A DNA stretch of 64,000 nucleotides from Podarcis tiliguerta (Eukaryota): the NCBI GenBank assembly GCA_965153285.1, contig OZ229110.1. The stretch is one strand, 5' to 3'. A program made the position numbers and the translations under genes. The notes beneath the pieces are model-generated. The model made no database searches. It was not told where the DNA came from and was given only the letters and a program-made list of their open reading frames with translations. This document shows positions 1 to 13,086 of this stretch, piece after piece (the stretch's first letter is position 1; every line of letters begins with the position of its first letter).

Positions 1-1716
1 ATTTGCATTATACATGCAGGCTACAGAATCCCCCTTTTTCACTGCCCAGACATTTTAAACTTTTAGCACTGGCTACACCCACTTGATATACATGTCTCGA
101 GGGCCAGTGGCTAGATGGCACCTCAGTCTCCTCTTGTGCAACCTGCAATCTCGTTGGAATCTTGAGAATGCTAACTTCATTAAAAATTATGCGAGAGGCA
201 GACAAAAATGCAAATACAAAATAAGCTCAAGCTTTCCATGGCTTCCTAAGGGCATATCAACACATGGCATTTTGTCAGGGCTTGAACAAGTTGACTAAGT
301 ACACCTCATCACCACAAAACCTGGAGGTGAACACAGACAGAACAGGAACCAAAGGCGCTGCTTATATATAGTGAAATACTGGAGGAAATCTCCACACCAT
401 ATGGCATCTCCACCCCTTATTTTTCCTATTTTTATCCTAGATCCCCTCCAAACAACCTTTTTATTGTGCTTCCATCATAATCTCTATTCATGAAGGCATG
501 AGGACCGTTATATGCAATACTGCTTTCCATATTATTTGAGTCTGAAAATGTTTGGGGCAGACATACTGCTCCATTTCCAATAAATCCCATAATTTGCTGC
601 TGAAATCCCGTAACATTTTATGCTGCAAATGCTTGTGGCGGTGGTCCACTATATTCCATATAGCGAAGGTGTAATGACTACTGTTGGGGAAGCATCACAG
701 AACAACTAATAAACTGAGATGATCTGTGGACAGCCCAGTGTAAATTCAGCACTAATGCACTATTTTTGCATCAATGGCAAAGTGCTGAATACTCCTGCAA
801 AAAAACCACAAGTCTGGAGAGGCTCCTAGTGTGGTATTCAGCTAACACATCCCATCAGCACAAGGATTTACACTTGAGCAATGGAACTCCCCACCCACCC
901 ACTAAATCTGCTCGAGGGGTTCCCCCAACCCTCCAGAGCAGATCTGGGGAAGATGCAGGGCACACACACACAGTGAAGGGGGGGGGGAGAGTTCTGTTGC
1001 ACAAGCATAAATCATTGCGCTGAAGGAATGTGCTCGCTGGATACTGCCCCTAATGCCAAATTAGCTTTGTGTGAAACTCTTTGTGGGAGATGCTCTAAAC
1101 TCATTCTGGCCAAAGGGAGGACAATCCAGGCAGCTGGAAGATCTTGAAGAGGAGCACGCTTCCACTCATTAGGCTGATACTGGGCATGTTTTGATACTGG
1201 CAAGAGGGAAAGGAAGATCTCCTCACGTCAGGCTAGGGAATCGAAGCACAATTGCTTTTCTTCTTCCTTTCATGAGCAGCGACTGTAGCCTCAAGCTGCT
1301 AAAGGCAGGTGTTCCATAGTTGCCCTCATAGCTGGAAAGCAATGACACATCCCAGAAGCATCTCTCCCTAGCCTCGTAGGAGGAAAGCATCGCCTCTGAT
1401 CCAGACAGTGTGACACAAAACCTACTTCCTGTTCCCAGCCATTTCTCAAGAACCAAGCCAAATAATATGTCCATAGAGTGAGTGGGCGGCAAGAGAATGA
1501 CTAGAGTTAGAGGTGGGGCTTTTCTGAAAAGTTGTAGCAAGAGCAGGAGACGGGGGGGCAGCAAGCTGGATTCTCATAAACTGTCAAATGGAGACAGCCT
1601 CTCTGACTACTCCAGCTTCCAGATGGAAGAGGCCTTGCATATCTCTCAGCGGGGGGAGGGGAGGGAAAAAGGAGTTACTCGTGGTCTATGTGGAAAAGTC
1701 ATGGGTTGGAGAAGCA

Positions 1717-1936
1717 GTGGCAGCCACCAACTTGGAATGGGTTTAAAAGAGGATTCGACAAATTCATGGAGAACAAGGTTACCATTTGCCACGATGGTTG
1801 TGTTCTACCTCCATTGACTGAGGAACTGTGCTGGGAATTCAAGTTACTGGGAATCACAGGGCAGGGGAGTGCTGTTGTGCTCAGGTTCTGCTTTCTGGCT
1901 TCCCATGAACATCTGGTTGGCCCCTGTGAGAACAGA
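1717..1936 (+). mobile_element. CR1 LINE 3' fragment (old)
   Basis: gccaccaacttggaatgggtttaaaagaggattcgacaaattcatggag...catctggttggcccctgtgagaacag resembles the squamate CR1 ORF2 end and 3'UTR; related copies at 16828 and 21244. Confidence 0.75.
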
Positions 1937-3667
1937 GCAGTTACTGAAGTGGTTCTACTGCTCCCCAGAAGGAATCCCTCTGCAGCAGAAGCATGCCCAT
2001 TCACTCTATATTCCTGAGTGCAGTGAATTGTTAAAATCTCTAGACCAAATGGGGGGTTTCCACTCTTGCTCCTGGCGGAGGAAGCCCTGGCTACTTCATG
2101 CAGGAAACAAAGAAACCCAGTGGAGGAAAAATTCTATAGGGTAAAGCTACCACTGAGAGATGTCACAAGGCCTGAGAATTTAGGCAAGGACCTGAGGATG
2201 GAGTCATTTATAGCACTTCTTTGCATGTCCAGGTGCCATGCTGCCCACTGCCCTGCAGGCCACCACTGACCAAAGACCACTTCTGACAACCTTATATGGT
2301 TTAAATCAGGCCAAAATTTGCTTGATGACAAATGCAAGAGGTTTGGTAAAAGCATTGGATTACAACCGATATCAACCAGCCTGACTGCTCCTGGGGAGTG
2401 GACCTGCGTGGAGTCCTCTATGGACACAGTCAGGCCCACCCCCTGCCCTCCAGAGTGGGCCTGCCCTGAGCCTGCCTGCCATTGACCCAATTTGGCAGGC
2501 TGGCTAAATCTAAACTATCCAACTGGAGGCAGAGCTCAGGAGTCATTGCTGCAGCTGCTATGGCAGCTGGCAAAGCCGCCCACTGCTTAAGGTAAGTGGT
2601 ATTGTTAAAGCAACTAATGCGATGTTGGGAAATTCTTAGACCCCTTTCCACATCATCAGATGAAGTATATCCCAACCACACTTTTATGTAAATCTAATAC
2701 AGGACCTTCTTGGCTGCCAGTACTACTGATGCCATATTTTGCCTGTGCAAAATAGAGAGGAGAAAGGTGTATCTTTGCTACAGTTGGAAGTGGGAGGTAT
2801 GCCTTCAAGTCTTCAAAACCTGGGTAAATATGCATCCCAATGAGTGGAAGAGAGTTTTGCCACCAGAAAAAAAATTAATTAAAAATCAAACTGGTTGTAG
2901 GAACCCTGCGGAGACAAAGTGCAGAGATAAACAGTGTGCCTGCCATCTACTTGCTGTTCTTAATGTGAGCTGCCACAAGATGAAGGTGTTCTAAGTAAGT
3001 TTCCAAAGCAGAGCGGGGTGGGGGGGACAGGCTCCAGCCTTGCTCTCTGAGTTAAAAGATAGAACATTCCCTGGATACCTTGCTGTATTTTAAAAAAAAC
3101 ACACCCACATGTTTTGGATTCCCAAGAACAAGAGAGCGGGTGTGTCTGTGCTGGAAGGTGATAGAAAGGCAGCGCAAATACTCTTAATACCATCAAGTTA
3201 AGAAGAGGCATAGATACAGACCACGCCAAGAGGAAAACCCTAAGGTGCTCCTCACTCTCCTCCTGCTCTCGAGTTTGCCCAGGTTTGCCCAGATCCCCTG
3301 AGCAACTGTCCTGAGAACACAATGTTCAGGCTGAACCAAGTCTTGGCTCCCAGACTCCTCTGGCTGCTGTCCAACAGCCTGTTTAATAATGTACACATGG
3401 CCATTAACTTAGATTTCTGAAGAAGGGAAAAACACCACACTAGTTTGCAATAACAAGTTGCTTGTGGCTCAGGAACCTAACAGACTGCGCAGGGCAGATA
3501 CTCTGTCACTGCAAATGGACAGAGTGAAGTGTAAGATAGGGATCCGAGCATAACAGTCAAAAGTGGAATACTAGGATCCGTAGTATTTGTAGGGAACACT
3601 AAAATATCTACTGTTCCCTCAAGGATCACAACATTCTCAACAAAACATAAGTAATAGATTGTAAGTA

Positions 3668-3873
3668 CAGTGGATGCTCGGGTTGCGAACATGATCCGTG
3701 TGGGATGCACGTTCGCAACCCTCAGTGTTCGCATGCGCAGGTTGTGATTTGGCGCTTCTGCGCATGTGCAACTGCCAAAACCCAGAAGTAACCCGTTCTG
3801 GTACTTCCGGGTTCCGGCAGTCCGCAACCCGAAAAAACGCAACCTGAAGCGGATGCAACATGAGGTATGACTG
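3668..3873. mobile_element. Tc1/mariner (Tigger/pogo-like) MITE
   Basis: TA|cagtggatgctcgggttgc...gcaacatgaggtatgactg|TA; imperfect TIRs starting CAGT and a TA target duplication. Confidence 0.75.
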
Positions 3874-5110
3874 TAAAATGCAGTAGCTGGGCTAGCATAT
3901 CACGATAAACCATGATTTGTTAAAATAGGAATGAACCTTGGCAAGCCTAGGGCCTGTGAACTTTCTCCACATTGGTCTTCCAGCACAGCTGCAAAAAAGA
4001 GTTTGGAAGAAATTGTTTCTGGGTTTTTTTCATTAACTCACAGCTTCTTGTTTTATTCGAACCTGGCAGACCATGGTTAGTTTCTCTGGTATGTTTAAAA
4101 CAAGCTAATTTAAAACCATGGCTTATGAAACTTGCTTGTTTCAATGAACCATAGCAAGGATTAAGCACAGTTTGACATAAAGGTAAAGTACAATTAATGA
4201 CGCTTCCAATCTTCTTCTCATGTCCATGCTAGAGGACAGGTGAATGCGCAAGTCCTGTTCATCTAGGCTCCTTCTCATCATGATAGTCTGGATGCAATCA
4301 GTGAAGGAGAGGTATAGAATGGGGAAACAGCATGGCTACACACAGTGAAAAGGTTTGTATAAAGTGTAGGGGTGTCATGAGAAGTCAAATACACAAGTAC
4401 CCATTGCTACTACCTCAACCATCTTCCCTATTCCTTGCCCTCCTAGGGACCTGTGAAACCCACCCAAGGAAAGAAGGAAGAAGTGGCAATTGCAGGTGCT
4501 CAGAGCAGAATGTCTTATTATGCCAAGAGGGGGGCTGGGACTGCACATCCCAGAGTCCCCAGCAGGAATATGATGCTATTCACATTAATTTCCACTAACA
4601 AAGGGCCTCAAAATTTTCCAGTGCTATATTAGCACATTGTCTGTATGTTGATCCTGCAAGCTAAAAAAAGAGCACTGGCAACCTTGAGCTTTCTGTTTCA
4701 AGGAAGAGCTGTTTCTGAATGACTCCAGGTCATTTAATATTTATTTTTTTCCATTTTTCCCTTGCAGCAGTTTATATAAGTGGCCGCTCTTGGCTATCAA
4801 TAGATATTACATAACCAGGATGGGATCTTGCCACAATGCTTACAAGTCAGTTACTATTGTTCTTCGTCTTCTTGCTGTGCTGCTAAAATTTATATTGTTT
4901 GCTTTCTTATAGGTTTGGTTGTTATTTATTGCGCTACAATAATTATTTCTGTCTGCTACTTTATTTTTATTTTTTTTTACTTTTTTCACCTAGAGTCTGA
5001 CTTATATGAGGCAACTGAGGCAAGGATTTTTTCTGTATATGACCAAAGCCTGCCATGCAACTGTTGTACAATATAGATAAGCGGATTTGTCCCTTCCAAA
5101 ACAGAAGTTA

Positions 5111-5422
5111 CCGTATTTTTCGTTCTATAAGACACACCCGCCCATAAGACGCACCTAGTTTTTAGAGGAGGAAAACAAGAAACAAGAAAGCAACGCAAAG
5201 CCTCTTGAGCGAAGAGGCAGGAGTGCTCCGGCTGCGCTCAAGAGGCTTTGCGTGGCCATCCCTGAAGCCAGAAGAGCAAGAGGGATCACTGCGCACCAAT
5301 CCCTCTTGCTGTTCTGGCTTCAGCGATAGCTGCACAGCCTGCATTTGCTCCATAACACGCACACACATTTCCCCTTACTTTTTAGGAGGGGGAAAGTGTG
5401 TCTTATAGAGCAAAAAATACAG
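5111..5422. mobile_element. Tc2/pogo-type MITE
   Basis: TIRs of about 27 bp (ccgtatttttcgttctataagacacac / gtgtgtcttatagagcaaaaaatacag) flanked by TA at 5109-5110 and 5423-5424. Confidence 0.85.
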
Positions 5423-5631
5423 TAATAACTGCACAATAAATTAGATCCTATAGTTAGGTCCTATAGTTAGGAATAGTGTATTTTTTTACACATAAATTCT
5501 GTGGAAGACACCCCTCAAGCCGATTGGCTGAGCTGCAGTGGTGGCACAGAAGTCTGAGATGCACTTCATAGAACGAAGCTATCAGAATGGTGGTGGGTGG
5601 GTGTGTTTTGCCTCCCACCCCCAATACAGTT

Positions 5632-5821
5632 TCAGCCCACCCTTTCCCCAAGGAGCTCATAGCTGGTCCATGTGATGCCACTCTTAATGTTATCCTCACA
5701 ACAACCTTTTGAGGTAGGCTAGGCTGAGAGATACTGACTGATCCACGATCACCTGGTGAGCTTCATGGCTGAGTTGGAACCTGAAATTGGATCTCCCTGG
5801 TCCTAGTACAAAACTCTTAAC
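5632..5821 (-). mobile_element. Old MIR-like (CORE-type) tRNA-derived SINE
   Basis: atcctcacaacaaccttttgaggtagg...gatcacctggtgagcttcatggctgag core; similar copy at 10365-10550. Confidence 0.65.
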
Positions 5822-7717
5822 GTCTAACTAGCCCATGTAGTGTCTTCCATATATTGTTGAAACATAACTGCCATCAGTCCCAGTCAGCATGCTCAACAGT
5901 CATGATAGCTATCTACACAACCAATACAGTACACTGACTTCCTTAGATAAAGACAGACAGTTGGACTGCAAGTTATATAGATGCAATGATAGGAAAAAGA
6001 ACCACTAGATTCTTTGTTGTATATGTTGTCCTTTGTTTGAATTTGTGGCCTGGTACAGTATACGTAAAATTGGAGGAGATGGGGAAGGAGAAGAAAAATG
6101 TGTTTGCACTTTGGATTCAGAGCAAGCCAACACCCTTTATAGTTCTTCATTACATGAGCCATGAAAACAGAATGCATTTGTTTCACTGACCTTTGCAAAT
6201 CCTCAAACACGTGAGCATCCCTGATGGTCCCAGAAGGGGAATGCATGGGGCAGAGTTCGCCTCTTCCCATGCTCTTTCCACCCTGGAATCTGGGAAGAAA
6301 CAAATCTCTAGTGGCAGATGGATGCAGACCAATGCAAGAAGCATCTTCAACCTCCTCTTAAATGCTCATTCAAGCTTCTCTCCCCCTCTCCCCCTCCCTC
6401 TGGTCCCTGAAACTAAACATCCAGGAGGAAAGCCACACAGGGTGGAGCAGGAAAACTTTTGAAACAAATTGCTGCTGTTGAATTCTCACTTCCAGGTTAA
6501 TAGATTAGACATTAAACATTGGCTTCTGGAGCCATGTGTTCAAGGAGGAAGAGAACCGTCTCACAAACCCAGATTTGTATTACAGCACCAAAACTAACAG
6601 CAGCAGCTTATTTACCGGAACGGTGCCTATGAATTACTAAGAAAGATGAACCAAACACAGTGTGAGTTTGTATAGGTGCCACCATCACAGCCAACCATGC
6701 TCTAAAGCTAAATGGCCACTAGAGGACTTATAGCCCAGCAATCACAAGAGCCTCTCCATTTTTTGGAGCAAAGAACAGTGCCTACATAGAACTTTAGCTG
6801 ACCAAAATTGCACCAGCAGAATCACCCCCAGCCAATAAAAGCATACACACTTCCTTCGCATTATCTGTTTCAAAAGGAAGGAATTGTGCAGTTAGTAAAT
6901 CCAACTTTAGTGTGATCAGATGAAAGAGTGCCACCTACTGATGCAGATCCTAACAGAGAATAGCTGATCTTGATTTAAACTGGGGACAGATTGCTGGCTT
7001 GCTGGCTTGCTTGGAAGTAAAAGTCTGTAAGAGGTAATTTGGAGGCAAATTTTTATAGGTTTGGTGGGGGTTGTTATGTTATTTACATCAAACAATGTCC
7101 TTTCGATGAGGTCAAACTCCCGTTTCAAGCTCCCGTTGAAAAAAGTGCAACCAGTTAATCATACTGATCAATCAGGGTTGAAATCTTGCAACCCTGCACA
7201 TCTGCAGCAGGGTGTGTGTGACAGCACTGGCCATGCACTCTGTACAAAAACCAGCTGTCATTTCCCCAGTCGGGAAACTATATATTTCTTGCTGCTTTGT
7301 AGCATTAAAACAACAGACTGGAAAGCTGCCAGATGCGTGGGCAGCTCTTAGTGTCTGAAGTGGCAGGGCATTCCACCGTGATCCCCTCCCTTTAAAAAAA
7401 AAAAATCAATTTTCCTTCTAGCTACAGAGCTGAATTTTCCTTGGTTGTATAATCTCCTGGCCAAATGTACTTTGTTTGAGGGCACACTATGGAAGTCTTT
7501 TTTCATGGTATATTTGTCAGAGACTGAGCAAAAGACCATGCCCTGCAGTGCTGGAAATTCCTCTCTCTTTTTGCCCCTGCATCTCTGCCTGTTGCAGCCC
7601 AAGGGTCAGAGCTCCGAAGTTTTTTGCAGCTGGAGGGCTGGGTAGGAATAAAAGCAGCCAAGGAAGGGGAGATTTCACTCAAAAGCCACAGGCAGCCTCA
7701 TAAGCTGATTTCTCACA

Positions 7718-7820
7718 GGAATAGAGGAAGCTGCTTTATACTGAGTCGGGCTATTTATCCATCAAGGCCAATAATGTCAGCACTGACTTGGCAGCGGCTC
7801 TCCAGGCTTTCAGACAGGAT
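7718..7820 (-). mobile_element. Squamate tRNA-derived SINE fragment
   Basis: ggaagctgctttatactgagtc...ggcagcggctctccaggctttcag is shared with the copies at 26001 and 59307. Confidence 0.6.
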
Positions 7821-8247
7821 ATACATCCATACATAATTTTATTTGTATGCCGCCTTTCCATAGTTAAAACCATGCTCAAGGCAGTTTACAACACACACAA
7901 AAAAATACATTCCTTTTGTGTGTGTTTTTACCAATGTGCAAGAGCAAATCCAGCCATCAAATCCCACAAAAAATAACTGTGGTGAGTTCATATGTACAGC
8001 CCCCATCACCACTTTTTCTTTTTGGCAGTGTTTTATGAATGCACATATTCATATGAGGGAGGAAGAGAAAGACGAATTGAACTGATGGGCCTATCAAAAT
8101 GCATATCTTTCAGCTCTTGAGTTAATTGTAGAAATTTCTCCTACAACAAAATTCAGGGAAAGTGGAACACACACATGGCAAAGACAACCCACAGAACAAT
8201 AAAGTAAGAGGGGAAGGTGTGGAATCCTGTGCAATTTTAGCTTGGAG

Positions 8248-8377
8248 GCTTTCAGAAACTTTCATCCTTATTCCTTCTATGTTTGCTTACTATAAGAGGG
8301 AGCAATGCTTTCAGAAACTTTCATCCTTATTCCTTCTATGTTTGCTTACTATAAGAGGGAGCAATGCATTCAGAAAC
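8248..8377. repeat. Perfect 59-bp tandem duplication
   Basis: 8248-8306 is identical to 8307-8365, followed by a partial third start (gcattcagaaac). Confidence 0.95.
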
Positions 8378-9152
8378 ACAGTTCAGAAATGCAACATTTC
8401 TGTACCTCTATAAAACATTCATCCTAATGATAAGTATACACAGGAACGTATTCCTAGAAAAGTAGGGGATTGTAACACAATTTACAGGATGAGGGATACT
8501 CCCTCTGCAGGCCCATAAATTAGACCACATTCCTCAAGCCCAAGGGTTCTGCACATTTTAAGAGGGCTATAGGAGGAACAATATTCCCTCTGTTGGGTCA
8601 CGCTCTGCCTGTGTGTTTATGCAGCTGAGGGTCTGCTCCATTACCTGTTTATACTAGCATTTGCCTAGTGATCTCTCTTTCCCCACCCTTCTGCCCCTTA
8701 ATCCTTCTCATTGCCAAGGTTCTGCTCAGCCATAATCCCCCCACCCTTGTAGTTTCAGATGGATCAAGTGTGCTAATCCTTAACTCAACATACACATTCA
8801 CTTTAGTGGGCTTCAAAGGCACCTTTTACCTTGGCACCCCAGGGGTGATGACATCACACCAAGGAATTGCTGATCTACTCCATTAAGCATGGCAGTATTT
8901 ACAAGGTCATGAGATACTCATCTCCGTATCTCAGTAGCGGCCTCTTTAAAAACTATATATGTACTACTTGTATATGAGGCAATGGGGAGTTCCGGTGAGA
9001 AGCAAACTGAAGAGCACACAATCTCCACTTGCTGATTTTACTAAGCCAACCCATTCAAGGAACTATCAGTGATTTAGGACCTCTCAGCCCAGTCACTTTA
9101 TAGCACAATAAATACACAGATTATTAGCCTGTACAAACTCCTCAATGGAGCG

Positions 9153-9291
9153 CAGGGGTAGGTAATGTAGTGCCTTCCTGATGTTGTGGAACTCCAATTC
9201 CCATCAGCCTCTGCCAGCTTTGCCAATGGTCAGGGATGATAGTACTTGTAGTCCAACAACATCTAAAAGCACTCTTCTGGCTACCCCACTG
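9153..9291. mobile_element. Old hAT (Charlie-like) palindromic MITE, about 140 bp
   Basis: cagggg start and internal inverted cccatca...gggatga motifs; diverged relative of 22038 and 59369. Confidence 0.6.
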
Positions 9292-10063
9292 TAGAGCTTT
9301 AGTTGTAGCATTCTCATCTCTTTCCAGCACAAACAGTATTGAAAGCAGGTTCTCATGTGACTGCCCCAACAGCATCATGAGAACAAATCACCATGAATAT
9401 GCTATAAAAACAGGATGTATCGAAGGGTTAGTTCAGCAACAGACAACCCCCAAAAGACACAAACAACAGGGACCTGAAGCAAACCCAGATGCCAACTGCC
9501 TCACAACTATTTTGAGAGCTAGTAACATCAGTCAGAACATCAAGGATCCATTCACCTGCTCATCTACCAACACAATACGTGTACCATCCGTCAGCAATGC
9601 TCTTCTGCATTCAGTCTCTATGAAAGGATAAATGGACCCAAATCTGACATCAGAAAGGACATGTGGAAACCAGTGGGAGAACATTTCAACCTCCCAGGGC
9701 ATTCCACTGCTGGCCTTAAAGTTGTCATTCTTTAACAAAGGAGCTTTAAAAGGGTCACACCAGCATGAAACTGCTGAATTGCAACTTATCAGGACATTCA
9801 GTTCTGCCTGAATAGAGGCGATGGTTGCCTATCTCAGTAAAGACTTTAATTAGCGATTCTAGGATGCTTGTATTGCCATCAATTACTGCTGCTGCAAATG
9901 GTCACTCAGATCAAGTCATGTTTTAAGCCAGGCAAGTGCTTATTTTGCTTACATTTAAGCTTCATTAATTGTCAGAGAATAATTTTTCCCATTTAATTTT
10001 CATCTGATCTTACTATATAGTTTATTACCCATGCATATACATATCCTTTCCTGCTGAGGACAA

Positions 10064-10173
10064 CATCTGATGGAGCCCATGAGTGCTTATGCCAAAATAC
10101 ATGTGTTAGCCTTTAATATGCCATGAGACTTGTTTCTTGTTGCAACAGACTAACATGGCTGCTCCTCTGGAAA
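10064..10173 (+). mobile_element. Penelope-like element terminal fragment (decayed)
   Basis: catctgatgg...gcttatgccaaaata...gttagcctttaa...gcaacagactaacatggctgctcctctggaa resembles the reptile Penelope terminal repeat. Confidence 0.55.
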
Positions 10174-10364
10174 TGTGGCCTCTGGAAAAAGAAGCCTTGA
10201 ATGGCACTGTTATTCTAGTGAGAGGTCTCTTTATAAGTCTGATGTTCTGGGGCCCTTGTTGCTTGCATGATAACCTTTGCCGGTAAGTAACTGGCTCCTA
10301 GATGCAGCCTAACTGTGAAGGAGACAGGGTTCTGAGGGAAAGCTGAGATAAAATTACTACCCAT

Positions 10365-10550
10365 TACATTTCAATCCCACACTTCCTCCAAAGTGATTAG
10401 AGTGACAGACAAGTCTCTTTCCCTCCCTATTTTATCCTCACAACAACCTTGTGAGGTAGGTTAACCTGAGAGACAGGGATAAACCAGTGTCATTGCATAG
10501 CAAGAGTAAGGATCTAAACTCCAGTCTCCCCAGGTCTTGACCAGCACTGT
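10365..10550 (-). mobile_element. Old MIR-like SINE
   Basis: cctattttatcctcacaacaaccttgtgaggtaggttaacctgagagac core. Confidence 0.65.
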
Positions 10551-10888
10551 ATCTATTTGACTCTATCTAGAACTTGCAAATTAAGACGTTACAAGCAACT
10601 TCTGGGATTCTTCAGAAGAAGCAAACAATCCAGATTGTTATTTTTAATTTTGGGGAAGAGCTTTTTTCTATGGGGATCTCAATGCAATTTACTGAGACAT
10701 CTAGTGGCTGAATGACACACTGCAGAGAAATGGAGACAATGCAATTCGACACTTCAGCTTGCAATCACTCCTGCTTCTCGTTTCAGAAATTGCCTCCATG
10801 GAGAAAAGAGGCAGGCAGGGCAACCAACATCCTGGTAGTTTGGGCACAATCTTGAGGACTGTTAATTCAATCATTTGCTGTGCCACTT

Positions 10889-10972
10889 CAGCTGATGAAG
10901 TGGGCACTGGCCCATAAAAGCTTATGTCAAAATGAACTTCTTATTCTTTTAAGATGCCACAATACTTTCTGG
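10889..10972 (+). mobile_element. Penelope-like terminal fragment with hammerhead-like core
   Basis: CTGATGA-A-GTGGGC-actg-GCCCAT-aaaagcttatg...ttttaagatgccacaa. Confidence 0.6.
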
Positions 10973-11299
10973 TCATACCACAGTGTCAGCTTCCTGCAGC
11001 CCAATTTCTCCTTGCTCTGGCTATCTCTTCTGCTCAGATTATAAATTCATCTTGATAGAAAGCCTTGCCACAGGGCTCTGTTGTTTCACAGTCTCTTGAG
11101 GAAGAGGAACAATATCTGCAGAACCTCAGATCAAATAATGTTTCAAATCAACAAGTCTATGACTCCTACAGTCATAGACTCTTAATCCAAAAAAGTGAAC
11201 GTGGTCACAGGCCAACTCCAAAGAAAGTAGAATAACCAAGCCCAATTCTCCATGGCACTATCTCTCACGCAGCTTTAGAAAGAAACGCAAACTGAGACT

Positions 11300-11401
11300 G
11301 TTGTTGTTTAGTCGTTTAGTCGTGTCCGACTCTTTGTGAACCCATGGACCAGAGCACGCCAGGCACTCCTGTCTTCCACTGCCTCCCGCAGTTTGGTCAG
11401 A
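11300..11401 (-). mobile_element. BovB (RTE) LINE 3' end, 5'-truncated
   Basis: gttgttgtttagtcgtttagtcgtgtccgactc...ccatggaccagagcacgccagg; minus strand encodes KLREAVEDRSAWRALVHG (BovB ORF C-terminus); 11-bp TSD aaactgagact at 11289-11299 and 11402-11412. Confidence 0.9.
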
Positions 11402-12947
11402 AAACTGAGACTAGTAGGGAGAAAATATACTAGTAGGGAGAAAATAGAAGATGTGAACCTATGTGAACCTCCTTTTTGTAATGCATAGATTGCATAATAT
11501 TGTTTGCTAATATATTCAGCATTTTCTTTACAAGAGACCCTTCTCCCTAATCTGACCAACTATCTCTCCCCTTGATTCTTCTTGCCTGCACAGATGGTGT
11601 ACAGATATGCTGCATGCATCTTGGAAAGGTGTTGTGATCTTTTAACTCCATCATGCAAATAAGACAGATGCATCTTGAAAATGGCTATCACCTTTGTCTC
11701 CTCCATCTCTGACTGCAGCCAACTCCAAGAATGTGTATCATCTACTGTACAACTATTCCAGGCTCAAGCTTGGAAGGTGGTAGACTCCTGTATGGCACTG
11801 GCGAGAGTTTTTATGAGTATTGGGTTTTACAGACAAGTCCATTGGACCCGTGAAACAAGAGCCTCCTGTCCAAATAGTCAATTTAACAAGGGCCAATGGC
11901 TGCTCACCTGTAGGGTTGCCATATTTCAACAGGACACCCCTTTTTTGTTGAGCTTTTTTTCAGGAAACCACCAGAATTGTTGAGTTTTTACAAAAATGTC
12001 CCATCCCCCCAATGTAAATTCCACCCTAGTCACCAGAACCGGTGCCATAGCTTTTTGGAAGCAGAGGAAGAAAGGGGATAAACAAAATTTTGAACAACTC
12101 CAGGAAGGGATTTCCCTGCAAAGCCAGTGATTCCAGAAGCCACAGACTTTCGCCAGCACAAGAGGCTAAGTTCCTATAGGCGACAGTTCTTCTGCACCCC
12201 CCCCCAATCCATTCCAACTAGTTGATGCTGGGGGCTGCTTTTTTGGATAAAGAGACCTAAAAGGGGGCTGCTTTTTATGGCCAACCTCATGACGTTTAAA
12301 GCATAACACTGACCAGATGTCAGCAATTTTAGCAATCGAGTGCCAAATAAGTTTGGAGCCAATTCAAGGAAACAGTTTCCCCCCTGGGGGATGTCGGGTG
12401 GGGGAGAGAGAGAGCATGCTCCACATCCCCATGACCAGGAATGCAGGGAAGGAGAAATTCCAAAATGTTGAGGTAAGAGCTTATTAGTAGCACAGACCAA
12501 CTTCATGGGCAGCCCTGCGGTGCTATTGTAAGCAGCCAGCAACCTCCTGCCCCCCACACCAGGGTTCTTGATATAGCAACCCAGGGCAAGGGGCTCCTAA
12601 GGATGCATCTGTGTAAGACATGAGAAAGACCTGCCCACCTTGGCACTGCACGGCTGAAGTACTGCAATCCCCATGCCCACATCCCCACGTTTGCAAGGCA
12701 CCGATGAATGCAGAAGTAGCTTCTGAGGAGGTAAATAGAGGCCACAATCCTAAAACCACTTTTTAAAATAACTCAGCAGTGGTCCTTCGGGTACACAAAG
12801 TTACCATTCCTGAATATATGAATTTCAGACTGAAAAATATATATATAATACTGAGGATTTTGTTATTCTTGTTGTTATTACTAATTCAATTGATATCCTC
12901 TCCTTCCTCCCCACCGAGCTCAAGGCAGCAAAGTTCTGTAATTAATA

Positions 12948-13086
12948 CAGGGGTGGAGAACCTGTGGCATTCAAGATATGCCTGGACTCCAAATCCCATA
13001 AGTCCCCTCCAGCATGGCCCATGGGCAGGAATGGTGGGACCTAGAGTCCAGCAACATCAGGAGCACCTCAGGTCCCCTCGTCTCTG
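12948..13086. mobile_element. Old hAT MITE, about 140 bp
   Basis: caggggtggagaacctg...caggtcccctcgtctctg; degenerate TIRs and internal palindrome. Confidence 0.55.

Noticed and set aside
1223-1564. 113-aa minus ORF with repeated LSSYE and a donor-like GAC|gtgagg
   Set aside because: No recognisable homology; the donor is phase 2 in this frame and the phase 0 frame contains a stop.
2290-2299. Perfect CArG box CCTTATATGG (SRF site)
   Set aside because: A few perfect CArG boxes are expected by chance in 64 kb, and there is no supporting context without conservation data.
2161-2701. Possible solo LTR (TGT...ACA); similar impressions at about 38280-38600 and 53060-53520
   Set aside because: No convincing TSD, PBS/PPT or second copy in the window, so it cannot be supported without a repeat library.
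8248-8377. Direct repeats as a possible CRISPR-like array
   Set aside because: Only two adjacent units with no spacers, in a vertebrate intron.
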